From NCBI RefSeq assembly GCF_009914755.1, contig NC_060926.1: 64,000 bases of DNA; one strand, given 5' to 3'. The notes beneath the pieces are model-generated. The model made no database searches and was not told the origin of the DNA. It was given only the letters and a program-made list of their open reading frames with translations. The translations under genes were made by a program, and so were the position numbers. Source of the stretch: the human T2T-CHM13v2.0 reference genome, Homo sapiens. This document shows, one piece after another, positions 1 through 13,059 of the stretch (positions are counted from its first letter, which is position 1; each line of letters begins with the position of its first letter).

Positions 1-1700
1 TTTGCTTGTTTCCTTTTTCTTTCCCTCCATCTTGATCTATTTCTGTATAATGTTGTTGCGTGTATCTGTTTGTATAGTCTTAAAGTGTTTGCTCTGGATG
101 TTACAATATGTGTATTGTAATATAGTAGTCTACTGGTACCAGTATTTACCACTTCAAAGTGTGGAAACCTGCCTTGGATTTATGTCTCTTTACCTTTTCC
201 ACTTGTATAAATCACTGGCTTGAGTAGTACGTGGTGGTATAGTTTTTGTTTCAGTCGTCAAATGTGATTTTAAGAACTGTGGATTGTCTCGTGTATGTAT
301 CCACATTTCTGGTCTTTCCTTTGTCCCTCCTCCCATAGTCCCATATTCATCCCTTCTGCATAAGAACTTTCTGTAGCCATTTTTTATTTTGATTTTTTGT
401 TTTAATTTTTTGTATTGTGGAAATGACAGAACATATTTCTGTAGCCACTTTTTAGCATTTCTAAATTGACCAGTGACAAATTCCTATATTCTCTTCCTCT
501 GAGAATGTCTATATTTCTCTCTTCATTTCTGAAGGGTAGTTTCATGGAATATAGAATTTGCAGCCAACAGTTTTTTTGTTTGGTTGGTTTTTTTAAGCAC
601 TTGAAAATGTTGTGCCACTTCCTTCTGGCCTCCATGGCATTTGAGTTGGCGTGTCCCTACAGGCATTCTGCCATTTTTGCTCTTTGTTTTTAGTTTTGAA
701 AGTTTAATCAGTGTTGCTTTCTTTTGGTATACTTTGAGGTTTGCTCAGCTTCTTGAATCTGTAAGTTTATATCTTTCACCAAATGTGGGAAGCCTCAAGA
801 ATTAGTTATTTGCATGCTTTCGCAGCTCTGGTCTCCTGTGGGACTCAGATAACATAAATGTGGGGTCTTTTGTTATCGTCCCACAGGTCCGTGCAGCTCT
901 GTTCATTTGTTTTCAGGTTATTTTCTCTCTATTGTTTAGACTGGGTGAATTCTGTTGATCAGGTTTCAGCTTCTCTGATTCTCTCCTCTGTCGTCTCCAC
1001 TTTTACTCAATAGAGCCCATCCAGTTAGATTTTTTTAAAATTTCTGTTACTGTATTTTATATTTCTGTAATTTCCATTTGATTCTTCTTCAGTTTCTTTG
1101 CTGACGTTTTCAGTTCTTTGATTGTTGACATAGGATTTGTAGTTGCTTGTTGAGCATTTTTATACTGACTGTTATAAGTGATGAGTCAGGTGGTTCCAAC
1201 ATCTGCCTATGTAATTTTTTTATTTTTGCAGGCAGTCCTCCTGTTTAGGTTTAGTCTGTAGGTCTTGGTCTACTTTGTGGGCTGTGATTCCAATGGCAAT
1301 TTAATTTCAGAGCCTTCATGGTGTTATTTTGGTCTGTTTGGCTAATATGTGTCACTGGGATTCTCCCACCAGTCCCTGCTGTTGCCCACCTGAGGGAACA
1401 GGGGAGCTGCCCCAGGCTGGGCCACCTGCTGCAGCTAGGTGGGTGGGGAGTGGTGGTTGTGTTGGTGTGTGGAGCTGGTTTTCTTGTTGTGGGGAAGATC
1501 TCCTTTGATCTGCGGGGACTGAGTCTGCCTGGGTTGCCTTCTATTGCTACGTTGGGAGTTGGGAAACTCTGGGCCTGGGTCACCGTCCTATTGGATGAGG
1601 TCCAGGGAGACACCTGGCCACTATGCATTCCCTAGTCCTAGAGTCCCTCAGCAGCCTTTTTCTGTCCACCTTTCGGAATTCTCCATTGATCATCTCCTGT
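1..1700 (-). mobile_element. Ancient L1M-type LINE remnant (ORF1 and 5' region), boundaries approximate
   Basis: Minus-strand ORF 402-635 (EARRKWHNIFKCLK...NCWLQILYSMKLPFRNE) resembles the L1 ORF1p C-terminal motif ARRQWxxIFKVLK-NCQPRILYPAKLSF. The + strand is T-rich, as expected for antisense L1. Confidence 0.7.
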
Positions 1701-1814
1701 CTATTATTTCTAGAGGAGGGTATAATGTGTTATCTTCTCTAGACCAGAAATCCTTAGTGGTGGTTTCGGGTTGTAACTGTGCTAAAGGGAGAATTGGCGT
1801 ATTTGTGATGTCGA

Positions 1815-1965
1815 GTCTTCCTTTTCAAATGAGGACATACCATTATTCAGTATATAATATTTACAACATCTACTTCCTTGGGTTGAAGAATGTGGTTAAG
1901 GCAAGGAAAGTACTTAACACAGTGCCTGGTGTGGAGAGCACTTACGAGTGTTGGTAGTGATGCTA
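1815..1965 (+). mobile_element. MIR SINE 3' fragment
   Basis: aaatgaggacat...acatctacttccttgggttg...aaagtacttaacacagtgcctggt matches the recalled MIR tail. Confidence 0.6.
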
Positions 1966-2192
1966 TTCCTTTTGTCCTTTGGTAGCATATTAAAGCTTTT
2001 CTTCTTTTTTAAATAAATAAAGTTCTGGTGCACTTCTTGTTAGGTTTATTCCTATTTTATCCTTTTTTGCTTTTATTACAAATAGGAGCTTCCTATCTTT
2101 TATAACATCTACCTGGTTCTTTGGCCCTTATGTGAAAATGTTTTAATAGCCTTCTAAACATTGCTCTCCCAAATGAGTTTTAACTTGCCTCT

Positions 2193-2336
2193 TTCTTTTG
2201 TTTTCCTTTTTTTGAGACAGGGTCTCACTTTGTCACCCAGGCTGGAGTTCAGTGATGCAATTATGGCTCACTGCAACCTCTGCCTCCCGGGCCCCCAAAG
2301 TGCTGGGTTTACAGGTGTGAGCCACTGCACCCAGCC
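2193..2336 (-). mobile_element. Internally deleted or monomer-length old Alu (AluJ/FAM-like)
   Basis: T-tail, then gagacagggtctcac...gcctcccggg joined directly to cccaaagtgctggg...ccagcc. About 145 bp in total. Confidence 0.85.
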
Positions 2337-2654
2337 TTACTTGTCTATTTCTTTTAAGAGTGGGAACTATAACTGAACCCAGAGCTCCAAAAACAAATGA
2401 AGGAATGAATGAGTGAATAAGCTCTTCCCATGGGTTTGGTGTGGTTTGGGGCTCTACTCTTAATCTAAATGCTATGTTTTATATGATCTAAAATTTCCCC
2501 TAGGTGTGTTACACGATCGTGTTGTGTTGAACTTACATTGAGACTCCTTTTCACATGTGCTGGTTATCAGCATGGGACTTTTCCATTCACTCTTTGAATT
2601 ATTCATTTGGGGGACACAGATAGACCTCTGTGTCTTTCATAAAAAGTGTCCATT

Positions 2655-2976
<322 letters not shown>

Positions 2977-3236
2977 CTATACTGGAAAAATTGAGATTGG
3001 GATTTTTGACATGAAGTGCGGAAATGTGGATTGGGTCAATTTAGTTTACCTAAACAGATGATGAAATACTGTTTTACGAAGCATTCCCTAGTGCAAAGTT
3101 TTGCCTGTGTGTCTAGTGACGGGAACAGTAAGAATGAGGCTTGGAACGCGGAGCGCATTGTGGGCCTGTCGTGGGTGGCGCCAGCAGCACATGCATGCCT
3201 GGCTCACAGAGCAGCCTTTGGGTGTTCTTTTCCCAG

Positions 3237-3310
3237 AGGAGCTCTACGGTGACTTTGAAGACTTGGAAACAGGGGACATGCACAAGGGAAAATCGGGCCC
3301 CGACACTCAG
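3237..3310 (+). pseudogene. BMS1P: BMS1P exon (about exon 14), ELYGDFEDLETGDMHKGKSGPDTQ
   Basis: ttttcccag acceptor and CAG/gtatga donor; 74 nt. Confidence 0.9.
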
Positions 3311-3955
3311 GTATGACTTTGTCGTAGCTGGCTGTTCTTGGTCATTGTGTTCTGAGAGAGGCCCACATTGAGAAATGCAAATCTTACTTGTGATGTGTGA
3401 AGATTGCAGACTGGATGGATAGATTCCTTCCTAAAGGGTGGGGATGTGGGGACCAAAGAGAAGCTTTCTTGTTTACTTGTTAAGTTTTGGACGACAGTTA
3501 CTACTGTTTCTTGCCATAGTCATTTGCCAAGACTACTGTGATTTTTCACTCACAGAAGTCTTAGCTTCTCAGACTTACATTCAACCATTGCCATCATTCT
3601 CCTCTTTTTAAATTTAAGTGTCATTTAAAAGAATGAAGTTCCTGTTCTCCCTAATATTTCTTTAGAACAGGGTCTGGGAGCATCTGGGTGAGGGACATGT
3701 CTGTTATTTTTATTCTAGTTTGTGTTCCCAGCCAGCTTAAGGAATAGCAGCTAATTGTAATGCAGATGTAACAATTTCCTGTAGCAGTACCATGTTATTC
3801 AGAGACAAAGATTATGTTGTGTTTTGTTTTGTTTTATTGATAACGATAACAGATTTTTGCTAAGATTTTTGTTTAAATAGAACTTTAAAAAATGTAATGT
3901 TTAAAGAAAAGACCTTCATAAACATACACAAAATTTTTTCTTCTGGAAATTTAAG

Positions 3956-4127
3956 AATGAAGATATAGAGAAACAAGGAAGAAATTGACCCCGACGAAGA
4001 AGAAAGTGCCAAGAAAAAGCATTTGGATAAGAAGAGAAAATTGAAGGAGATGTTTGATGCGGAATATGATGAAGGAGAAAGCACATATTTTGATGATCTT
4101 AAAGGAGAAATGCAGAAAGAAGCACAG
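3956..4127 (+). pseudogene. BMS1P: BMS1P exon (about exon 15) with frameshift
   Basis: Reads NEDIEK, then shifts frame to KEEIDPDEEESAKKKHLDKKRKLKEMFDAEYDEGESTYFDDLKGEMQKEAQ. It is 172 nt between phase-0 junctions, which is not a multiple of 3. Confidence 0.9.
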
Positions 4128-4929
4128 GTGAGAAACCTCAGTTCCTCTCAGCCCCTTGTCAAGACTATCACATAGTGCAGGAATCCCTGACTGTCTTTGG
4201 GTCCCTGCTTCCTATCCTGCTTCTGTGCCTTTCATTTGGACTCCTGGGTAGATGCATGTGAGTATGTTTATTCATGCAGTGAGCTCATTGTTTCTACAGT
4301 CAGAAGATCACCAGAAAAAGATCCATACCTATTTTGTAACAAGAATTAGGAAACCGAAATGACTGAGACATGGTCTCTACTTTTGAGACTTTTACAATGT
4401 AGTGATCTGAGACAGTGTGTTCATTTCAGTGCAAGCCAATGCTGCCTATTCCGATCGCTGCTCCCTGATTTGAATGGCAGGTGATCAGTGGCCCGTGTGG
4501 CTTATGGACACACCAGAGCTCCCAGGGGAAGTGCTCTGAAAACTCATCCTGGTCAGAGTTCAGAAGGACACGTGGAGTATAAGGTCAGATGCGGAGATAA
4601 AGGGAGATGGTGTGGCCCTCCTGCCTGGGGTTGCTGAGCAGGTTGCTGGAGACAGTGATGTCACTCTGAAGGAGACAGACACAGAAACGTGTGTACAGTT
4701 GATGGTGAGCATCTGAGTTGCGTCTTGTTAGTGAGGCCAGGAGTGCCTGTGTAAGCTGGAACAGATTAGGTATATGATTTGTGAAACGGAGTTTCATCCT
4801 AGATCTTCATCTAGTCAAAGGACTGTTTCCTGATTAGGCATTAGCTTAGTGGTTGCTAGTCTGTGTTGACCTTTGAAAGGCATGACTAGGCTAACTCTGA
4901 AGTTTTTGCTTCACACCATTTACAATTTA

Positions 4930-5880
4930 AAATTACCTAGAGCCTTGTGGGCCATTGGAAAAGACTGAATGTTTCACTCTGAAATGGGAGTCCTTGGAGG
5001 GTTTTGAGCAGAGGAGAGACATTCTGGTAATCAGATCACTCTGCCAAGACATCAGTCTGGTAGAGATCAGTCCGGTGGCACAAACCAGAGGGCTGGCAGT
5101 GGAGATGAGACAAAGAGTCAAACGCGGATAGAGTTTATTTGGAAGCTGGGTCAGTAGGATTTCCTGGTGGACTGAATGTGGGGTGTGTGAGAGGAAATGA
5201 GGATGGCGACTGGAAGTTCCTGGAAGGATGGGTTGTTGCAGGTTAGATAGGAAACTGTCTGCAGATGCAGTTTTGGGAAGATGATGTTTGGTTCGGCTGG
5301 GTATCATGCAGACAAGCGGAGTGTCAAGTCTGGAGAGACAGGTCTGGCCAGGGACTTAGATGTACAGCCCTCAGCATGTAGATGCCACTTAACTCTGTGA
5401 GGTGGCCGGGGAGTGAGTGCAGAGTGACTGGGAGGAGGAAGACTGGCATGGGCGAGATGGGGCGATTGCGGCCGTGAGGCCTGAGCAGTGCCTAGGAGGG
5501 AGAGGGAGAAGCAGTGTGAGCATGCAGGCACGCAGGAGTCCAGTTGTACACGGAGGCGAAGCACTGTTCAGATCCCGCTGCAGTGTTAACTACGGTAAAG
5601 GCAGAGTTGACCACTGGAGGAGTCCTTCAGCGTGGAGGCCTTCAGCGATCTTGGCAAACACCAATTTTCATGGATGTAGGAGAATGGGAGCAGAGGAACT
5701 GGAGGCTGCAACTGTGGAAAACTTTTGTGGGGTTTTGCTGCAGAGAGAAGCAGAGAAATGAAGCAGTTTTTGGTGGAAGAAGTGGAATCAAAAGGTTTTG
5801 AGGTAAGAGAGAGAACAGAGGGAAGAGCTGTTGGAATGAAGTCCAGGAAGAGTGGATGGTGTCTAGTGAGCAAGTGATGT
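4930..5880 (-). mobile_element. L2 LINE remnant, boundaries approximate
   Basis: Purine-rich antisense L2-like motifs, e.g. ttggagggttttgagcagaggagagacat, agatcactctg and ggcagtggagatgaga. Confidence 0.65.
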
Positions 5881-5917
5881 GTGGCCCTGAGTAGAGGCAT
5901 GGACAAATCATCTGTGC

Positions 5918-6110
5918 CTGAGCTGCCCGTAGAACTTTCTGTGATCATGGAGATGCACGTCTGTGCTTCCCAATATTGTATCACTGGCCGCAAGTTGATA
6001 TGGACCACTTCCAGTGTGACTAGTGTGATTGAGGAACTGCATTTTAAATATTATGTAATTGTAATTAATTTTAATTTAAATAGCCACACATAGCTCCTCT
6101 ATGGGCCAGG
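5918..6110 (+). mobile_element. MER3 (hAT-Charlie) DNA transposon fossil
   Basis: tagaactttctgtgatcatggagatg...gtgactagtgtgattgaggaactgcatttt...aatttaaatagccaca matches the recalled MER3 consensus. Confidence 0.75.
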
Positions 6111-6426
6111 TCAGAGCTCTGATAAGGCTGGATATGGGAGGAAACCCTGGTAGAGGGTTGACCTTAGAGGTTCTTTTGGTTTTGGAGTGAATCAGGAAAC
6201 AGCCATCAGCTGAGTGAAGGTGAGGGTGGTGGTGGGTGTTTGAAGACAAGGGAAAAGTGTGAAAGAATTATTTGGAGAGGAAGGAAAGAAAGTGTGGACT
6301 GGGGATGTTTCCAATGTTCGAGCACGCAGGGCTCCACAGTTATCTACATTTGCTGTCCCTTGGAGCAGGAGAGAAGAAAATGGTTGGGACATATTCTGAA
6401 CAGACTGTAGAGGTAAAATGTGTAGG

Positions 6427-6731
6427 TTTTTTTTGTTTTTTTGTTTTTTGAGATGGAATCTCGCTCTATTGCCCAGGCTGGAGTGCAGTGGCACGATCTT
6501 GACTCACTGCAACCTCCGTCTCCCAGGTTCAAGCGATTCTCTCACCTCTGCCTCCTGAGTAGTTGGGACTACAGGCACGCACCACCATGCCCAGCTGATT
6601 TTGGTATTTTTAGTAGAGACAGGGTTTCACCATGTTGGCGAGGCTGGTTTCAAACTCCTGACCTCATGTGATCTGCCCGCCTCGGCCTCCCAAAGTGCTG
6701 GGATTACAGGCATGAGCCACTGTACCCGGCC
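6427..6731 (-). mobile_element. Full-length AluS (Sx/Sz-like)
   Basis: T-tail and both arms present. TSD aaatgtgtag at 6416-6425 and 6732-6741. Confidence 0.95.
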
Positions 6732-6884
6732 AAATGTGTAGTATTTTTAATAGGATAAAGCCTACATAATTCTGTCCACAGTTCCTTTACTTAGAAATTG
6801 CTTATTTGTTCATGTTAATCCTATGTTTATTACAAATAACAGCATACAGGTTTCTCCCCCCTCCCCCCACCCCGTCATGTACAG

Positions 6885-7073
6885 CTGAATCACGTAGAAT
6901 TTGAAGATCAAGATGATGAAGCCAGAGTTCAGTATGATGGTTTTCGACCTGGGATGTACATCCGCGTTGAGATTGAAAATGTTCCCTGTGAATTTGTGCA
7001 GAACTTTGACCCCCATTACCCCATTATCCTGGGTGGCTTGGGCAACAGCGAGGGAAATGTTGGACACGTGCAG
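6885..7073 (+). pseudogene. BMS1P: BMS1P exon (about exon 16), [25 protein letters not shown]...GNVGHVQ
   Basis: 189 nt, open frame, cag/ acceptor and /gtgggt donor. Confidence 0.92.
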
Positions 7074-7157
7074 GTGGGTCCCTTTGCTGCATATTTGGTG
7101 CCTGAGGCTCTGTGGATTTCCCCTCCATCAGTCATCTTACCCTCTCATCCCCCTCAG

Positions 7158-7338
7158 ATGCGTCTGAAGAAACATCGCTGGTATAAGAAAATCCTCAAGT
7201 CCCAAGATCCAATCATATTTTCTGTAGGGTGGAGGAGGTTTCAGACCATCCTGCTCTATTATATTGAAGACCACAATGGAAGACAAAGGCTTCTAAAGTA
7301 TACCCCACAGCACATGCATTGTGGAGCAGCCTTTTGGG
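7158..7338 (+). pseudogene. BMS1P: BMS1P exon (about exon 17), [18 protein letters not shown]...HMHCGAAFW
   Basis: 181 nt, open frame, follows an 84-nt intron. Confidence 0.92.
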
Positions 7339-7584
7339 GTAAAATATGATTACAATAACTTGCCTATTGCCGAGATTAAACTTTACAGGCTGCGTTATTT
7401 TAGCTTTGTGCTTTTCCTTTCATAAAATTCCACTCCTAAGATGTTTCTGTTTTCTGGGAGCAGGGAGGTGGTTTGGAGTATATATGTAAATCTATATCCA
7501 AATCTAAATGTCCGTATCCAGTATGTTAAACTAGAATCTAAAATTTCTGGTTTGCTATATTTCTTTTTTTCCTTTTCCTTTAAG

Positions 7585-7643
7585 ACCCTATCACTCCACA
7601 GGGAACTGGTTTCTTGGCAATACAGTCTGTCAGTGGCATAATG
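7585..7643 (+). pseudogene. BMS1P: BMS1P exon (about exon 18), PITPQGTGFLAIQSVSGIM
   Basis: Polypyrimidine tract plus aag acceptor, ATG/gtaac donor; 59 nt. Confidence 0.9.
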
Positions 7644-8193
7644 GTAACTATCTTGGACAATTTCTTTTACAGATTGGTTTGAGAAATATATCCTGAATGT
7701 GGGTTATTATGTACATGAGACTTTAAGTTGAAAATTACTCATTTTTATTATTATAAAGTAAATTTCCCTTTGCTTTTAATCTTTGTACATCCTTTTCAGT
7801 AGGGTGTGGGATTAGAGGAGGGGAGGTGGAAGAATTATAATGGTACATTTCCTATTTTTGTGCATCTTTTGCATTTATTTATCTAAGCAAGTATTTAAGC
7901 AGTGCTCACCGTGTGCTAAGCACTATATGAGGTTATGAGGAGCCATCAGAGACCACCCAGACACAAGACTCCCTGCAGCTGTGCTGGGGTAGCAGTCTGT
8001 TCACTCCATTTTCATTTGACCAGTCAGGCAGGGCAGGGTTTACTGGTCCCATTTAACAGAGAAGAAAGCAGAATAATGAGCAGATGGAATCTTCCCTGGA
8101 GGTCCAAATTTTAATTTTCTAAACATTGCAACTGTATTTTTCTTTTCCATTTCGTTCCAAATAAATCATTATAGTAAAATTACATTCCTCTGA

Positions 8194-8584
<391 letters not shown>

Positions 8585-8759
8585 TAAAGTTTTGGATTGC
8601 TTTTGTCAAACCACTGGGTTGCAAGTTCAGATGGTCTCTCTTGTTTTTCTTAGCTAATTGTAAGTAAAGTTCACTTTGGTAATTTATTGTGTTACATAGA
8701 ATTGAAGTTTTTCTCTTGCTAATATTATTCCTATTTTCAAATTTTGGGGCTCCTGTTAG

Positions 8760-8882
8760 CCTGATTTTCGGATAGCTGCCACAGGAGTTGTCCTTGATCT
8801 GGATAAATCCATAAAAATTGTGAAGAAATTAAAGCTAACTGGTTTTCCATATAAAATTTTCAAGAACACTTCATTTATTAAG
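8760..8882 (+). pseudogene. BMS1P: BMS1P exon (about exon 19), [41 protein letters not shown]
   Basis: 123 nt, open frame, tag/ acceptor and /gt donor. Confidence 0.92.
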
Positions 8883-9760
8883 GTCTGTATATCTATATAT
8901 TCTCATATTTATAAATGTCCATATTGTTTGAGAAAAGGAATGAAATACCTCTAAAATGTGGGCCTCATGTTTTTAGAAAAGTGTTTGAAATCTTTTATAA
9001 ACTTCATATTTTGTTTGCTCCTTTATATTCTGTATTACTTAAATATGCTCAAAAAAGCAGTGGTAAACAGCTATTTAGGAATTGAGGCTGTTACTCCTGA
9101 CTTCCATGTGAGACTGCCATGGAACTCATATTGAAAATATGTCATTTTATCCACTAGGTTTTGTTTCCTACTTTTTAAATTGGTGTTAAGAAAGGGAAAA
9201 AAATCACAAGTTTGTCTAACTCAGTAGAAAAATCGACAAAGCATTTGCAGACAACTTGGCAAGGGTACAGAGAAACGGATGTACTGTTTTACAGTATTTG
9301 GGGAGGGTGGTTTGAGCAGCATTTATTGACAATTTCATTAGTGGGGATGTTTCTATTGAAAACACAGAGTTAGGAAGTCATAAAATGTTCTTGCAATATA
9401 AGGTAATAATACCACCGGCGTTTATCTTATGTTTTCATGTTCTAAGTGCATGCATCTGAGTAAAAGGATCTGGGCTGCAGTCCAGTCTGAGAGATGCCAG
9501 CAAAGGCTTCCTAGGCCAATTCAGTCCAGTAAATCCCTCTTCAATCTTCTCTCCCACACAGACAGCAGTGATGAGCATGCCCGTGAACTCACATGATTAT
9601 TTTGGGGAAAATGAAAGAGTTGTATTCTTTTTGAGGTAGTAATTCCACTTTCAGGGGCAAATACATTTTGATTATTTTATCACCCTTCAGTGAGTTGTTT
9701 TTGTTCTTTAATCAAGGATGTATGTTTGAAGTAAGAAGTAAAGCATAAAGTATACGATTT

Positions 9761-9776
9761 TGTGTGTGTGTGTGTG
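9761..9776. repeat. (TG)8 microsatellite next to a splice acceptor
   Basis: Read directly from the sequence. Confidence 0.9.
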
Positions 9777-9797
9777 TTTATCTTGCTATACCTGTAG

Positions 9798-9945
9798 GGA
9801 ATGTTTAATTCTGCCTTGGAAGTGGCCAAATTTGAAGATGCTGTGATTCGAACTGTCAGTGGGATAAGGGGGCAGATCAAGAGAGCACTCTGAGCTCCAG
9901 AAGGAGCTTTCCAGGCTAGCTTTGAGGATAAGCTGTGGATGAGCG
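9798..9945 (+). pseudogene. BMS1P: BMS1P exon (about exon 20) with premature stop, [37 protein letters not shown]
   Basis: 148 nt. In-frame TGA at 9891-9893, probably CGA>TGA by CpG decay. Confidence 0.92.
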
Positions 9946-10287
9946 GTGAGTGTCTTAAGTAGTGTTCAGGGCAGGGCGTTACCATTCATGCTTGACTTCT
10001 AGCCAGTGTGATGAGAGGCTGGAGTCAGGTCTCCAGAGAGTTGAGCAGCTCCAGCCTTAGATCTCCCAGTCTTATGCGGTGTGCCCATTCGCCTGGTGTC
10101 TGCAGCCCCCTGGCCACACCCAGTAACAGTTCTGTGATCTATGAGAATAGTTTCCTTAGCGAGCTTTCCCTTCAAATACTTTGCAGCCAGGTAGAGAAGT
10201 TTGGAGTGAAGGTTTTGTTCTTTGTTTCTTTGCAGTATGGATATGAATCTTCTTTTGAAAATGTTAAAGTAAATTACCTCTTTTCAG

Positions 10288-10463
10288 ATATTGTCTTCAT
10301 GCGAACTTGGTATCCTGTTTCCATCCCAGCCTTCTATAACCCAGTAACATCTTTGTTGAAACCAGTGGGTGAGAAAGACACCTGGTCAGGAATGTGGACC
10401 ACGGGCCACCTCGGGCTCGCCCATGGTGTCAGACTAAAGACAAACAAGGACTCTCTGTATAAG
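10288..10463 (+). pseudogene. BMS1P: BMS1P exon (about exon 21), IVFMRTWYPVSIPAFYNPVTSLLKP...NKDSLYK
   Basis: 176 nt, ttttcag acceptor and AAG/gtact donor. Confidence 0.92.
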
Positions 10464-11653
10464 GTACTGGTCGTGTGTGTGTTAGTGGAGATGAAGCCTG
10501 TGCCCTACAGACAGGGAGTCACGCAGACACTTTTCTATAATTTCTTACGTACTTTGAATGTTCAAGTATAAAGTCTAATGTTAAATTTGATTGAACAATT
10601 GTATATTTGTGGGATATTTTGGAATGGAACACCAAAAAATGGTAATAGTGGTTCTTTCTGGATTGAAGACAAACTTTTCTTTTTTAAAATAAATTTTATT
10701 TTATATATTTGAGGTTGACAACATGATCTTAAAGGATAAATATAGATAGTAAACTGGTTACTATAGTGAAGCAAATTAACATAGCTACCATCTCACATAG
10801 TTAGATTTTTGTTTGTGTGACAGGAACAGCTAAAATCTACTTATTTAACAAAAATCCCAAAGACAATATATTTTTATTAACTATAGCCCTCATGATGTAC
10901 ACTAGATCTCTAACTTGTTCATCCTACATGTCTGCTACTTTGTATTATTTTAATGTACATCTCCCCATTTCCTACTGGTCATTTCCTATTTGGCCCATTT
11001 TTCAACTGGGTTGTTTTTCTGCTATTAAGTTGTAAGAGTTCTTTACTGATTTTTGGATATTAACACTTTATCAGATATGTGGTTTGCAAATATTTCTTCC
11101 AGTCTATAGGTTCCCCTTTCATTTTGTTGGTTGTTCCTTTGCTGTGCAGAAGCTTTTTAGTTTGATGCAGTCCTCCTTGTTTATGTTTACATTTGTAGCC
11201 TGGCTTGTGGTGCGATATCCAAAAAATTATTGCTAAGGCCAATGTCAAGAGGCTTTCCCCCTATGTTTTCTTCTAGGAGTTTTATGGTTTCAGGTCTTAT
11301 TTGGGTCTTTGGTCTTGTATCTGTTTTGAGTTGATTTTTGTGTATGGTGTATGATCAGGGTCGAATTTTATTCTTTTGCATGTGAAAATCCTATTATTGA
11401 AGAAACTATCTTTTTTACCATTGTGTTGTCTTGTTTGCCCTTGTCAAAAATTAGTTGACAGTATATGTTTGGATTTATTTCAAAGGTCTCTGTTCTGTTC
11501 CATTGGTCTATTTTTTTGTTTTTATGCCAGCACCATACTGTTTTGATTACTATAGCTTTGTAATACAATTTTAAATCAAGAGGTGTGATGCCTCCAACTT
11601 TTTCTTTCACAGTTATCTGTTGGCTGTTTGGGGTTTTTTGCGGTTCCATATGA

Positions 11654-11981
<328 letters not shown>

Positions 11982-12911
11982 AGGATTGTTTTATTCTGTT
12001 CTGTGAAGAATGTCATCAGAACTTTGATGAGGATTGTGTTAAATCTGTATATTTGCTTTGGGTAGTGTGAACATTTTAACAATATTAATTCTTCTGATCC
12101 ATAAACATAGGATGTCTTTTCATTTGTTCATGTCTAAATTTCTTTCATCAATGTTTTATGGTTTTTAAGTGTACACATCTCTCACCTTCTTGGTTAAATT
12201 TATTCCTAAGTTTTTGTTTTTCTTTGATGCTATAGTAAATGAGATTATTTTCTTCATTGCTTCGTCAGCTAGGTTATTTGTATACAGAAATGCAACTGAT
12301 TTTTATATGTTGAGTTTATACCTTGCAGCTTAACTGAATTGATTTAGTAGTTCTCACAGTTTTTTGTGGAATCTTTGGAGTTTTTTACGTAAAGGATCTT
12401 GTCATCTGCAAATAGAGATAATTTTACTTCTTTAATTTAGTTGCCTTTTTTTCTCATCTGATTGCTCTTGCAAGCACTCTATTGAATAAAAGTGATGAGG
12501 CTGGCCATCCCTATCTTGTACTCAATCTTAGTGGAAAAGCTTTAGTTGTTCCCCACTAACTATGATTAGACTGTGGGTTTTTCATAAATGGTCTTTATTA
12601 TGTTGAGGAACTTTCCTTCTATACATAAACTATTAAGAGGTTTTATCAAGAAAGGTTGCTAAACTTTGTTAAATGCTTTTACTGAATCAATTGAGGTGAC
12701 CATGTCATTTTATCTTTCATTTTGTTAATGTGATATATCACATTGATTGATTTACATATTTTAAACCAGCCTTGCATGCCAGGGATAAATCCCACTTAAA
12801 CACGATGTATAATGTTTTTGATGTGTTGTTGAATTCTATTTGCTAAAATTTTTTTAGGATGTTTGCATCAGTATTTAATTTGTTGGAGAAGTTGACCTGT
12901 AGTTTTTGTTT

Positions 12912-12912
<1 letters not shown>

Positions 12913-12962
<50 letters not shown>
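12913..12962. repeat. (GT)25 perfect microsatellite
   Basis: Read directly from the sequence. Confidence 0.97.
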
Positions 12963-12965
<3 letters not shown>

Positions 12966-13059
12966 GGTTTGGCTTAGGTATTAAGGTGATACTGGCCTGG
13001 TAAAATGTGTTTGGAATTATTTCCTCTCACTCTGTTTTTGCGAAGAGTTTAAGAAGTAA

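Noticed and set aside
6954-7349. 131-aa single-exon BMS1-like ORF
   Set aside because: It is read-through of two exons across an 84-nt stop-free intron (7074-7157), not a separate gene.
10008-10571. 187-aa ORF
   Set aside because: It is one BMS1P exon plus flanking intron that happens to be open.
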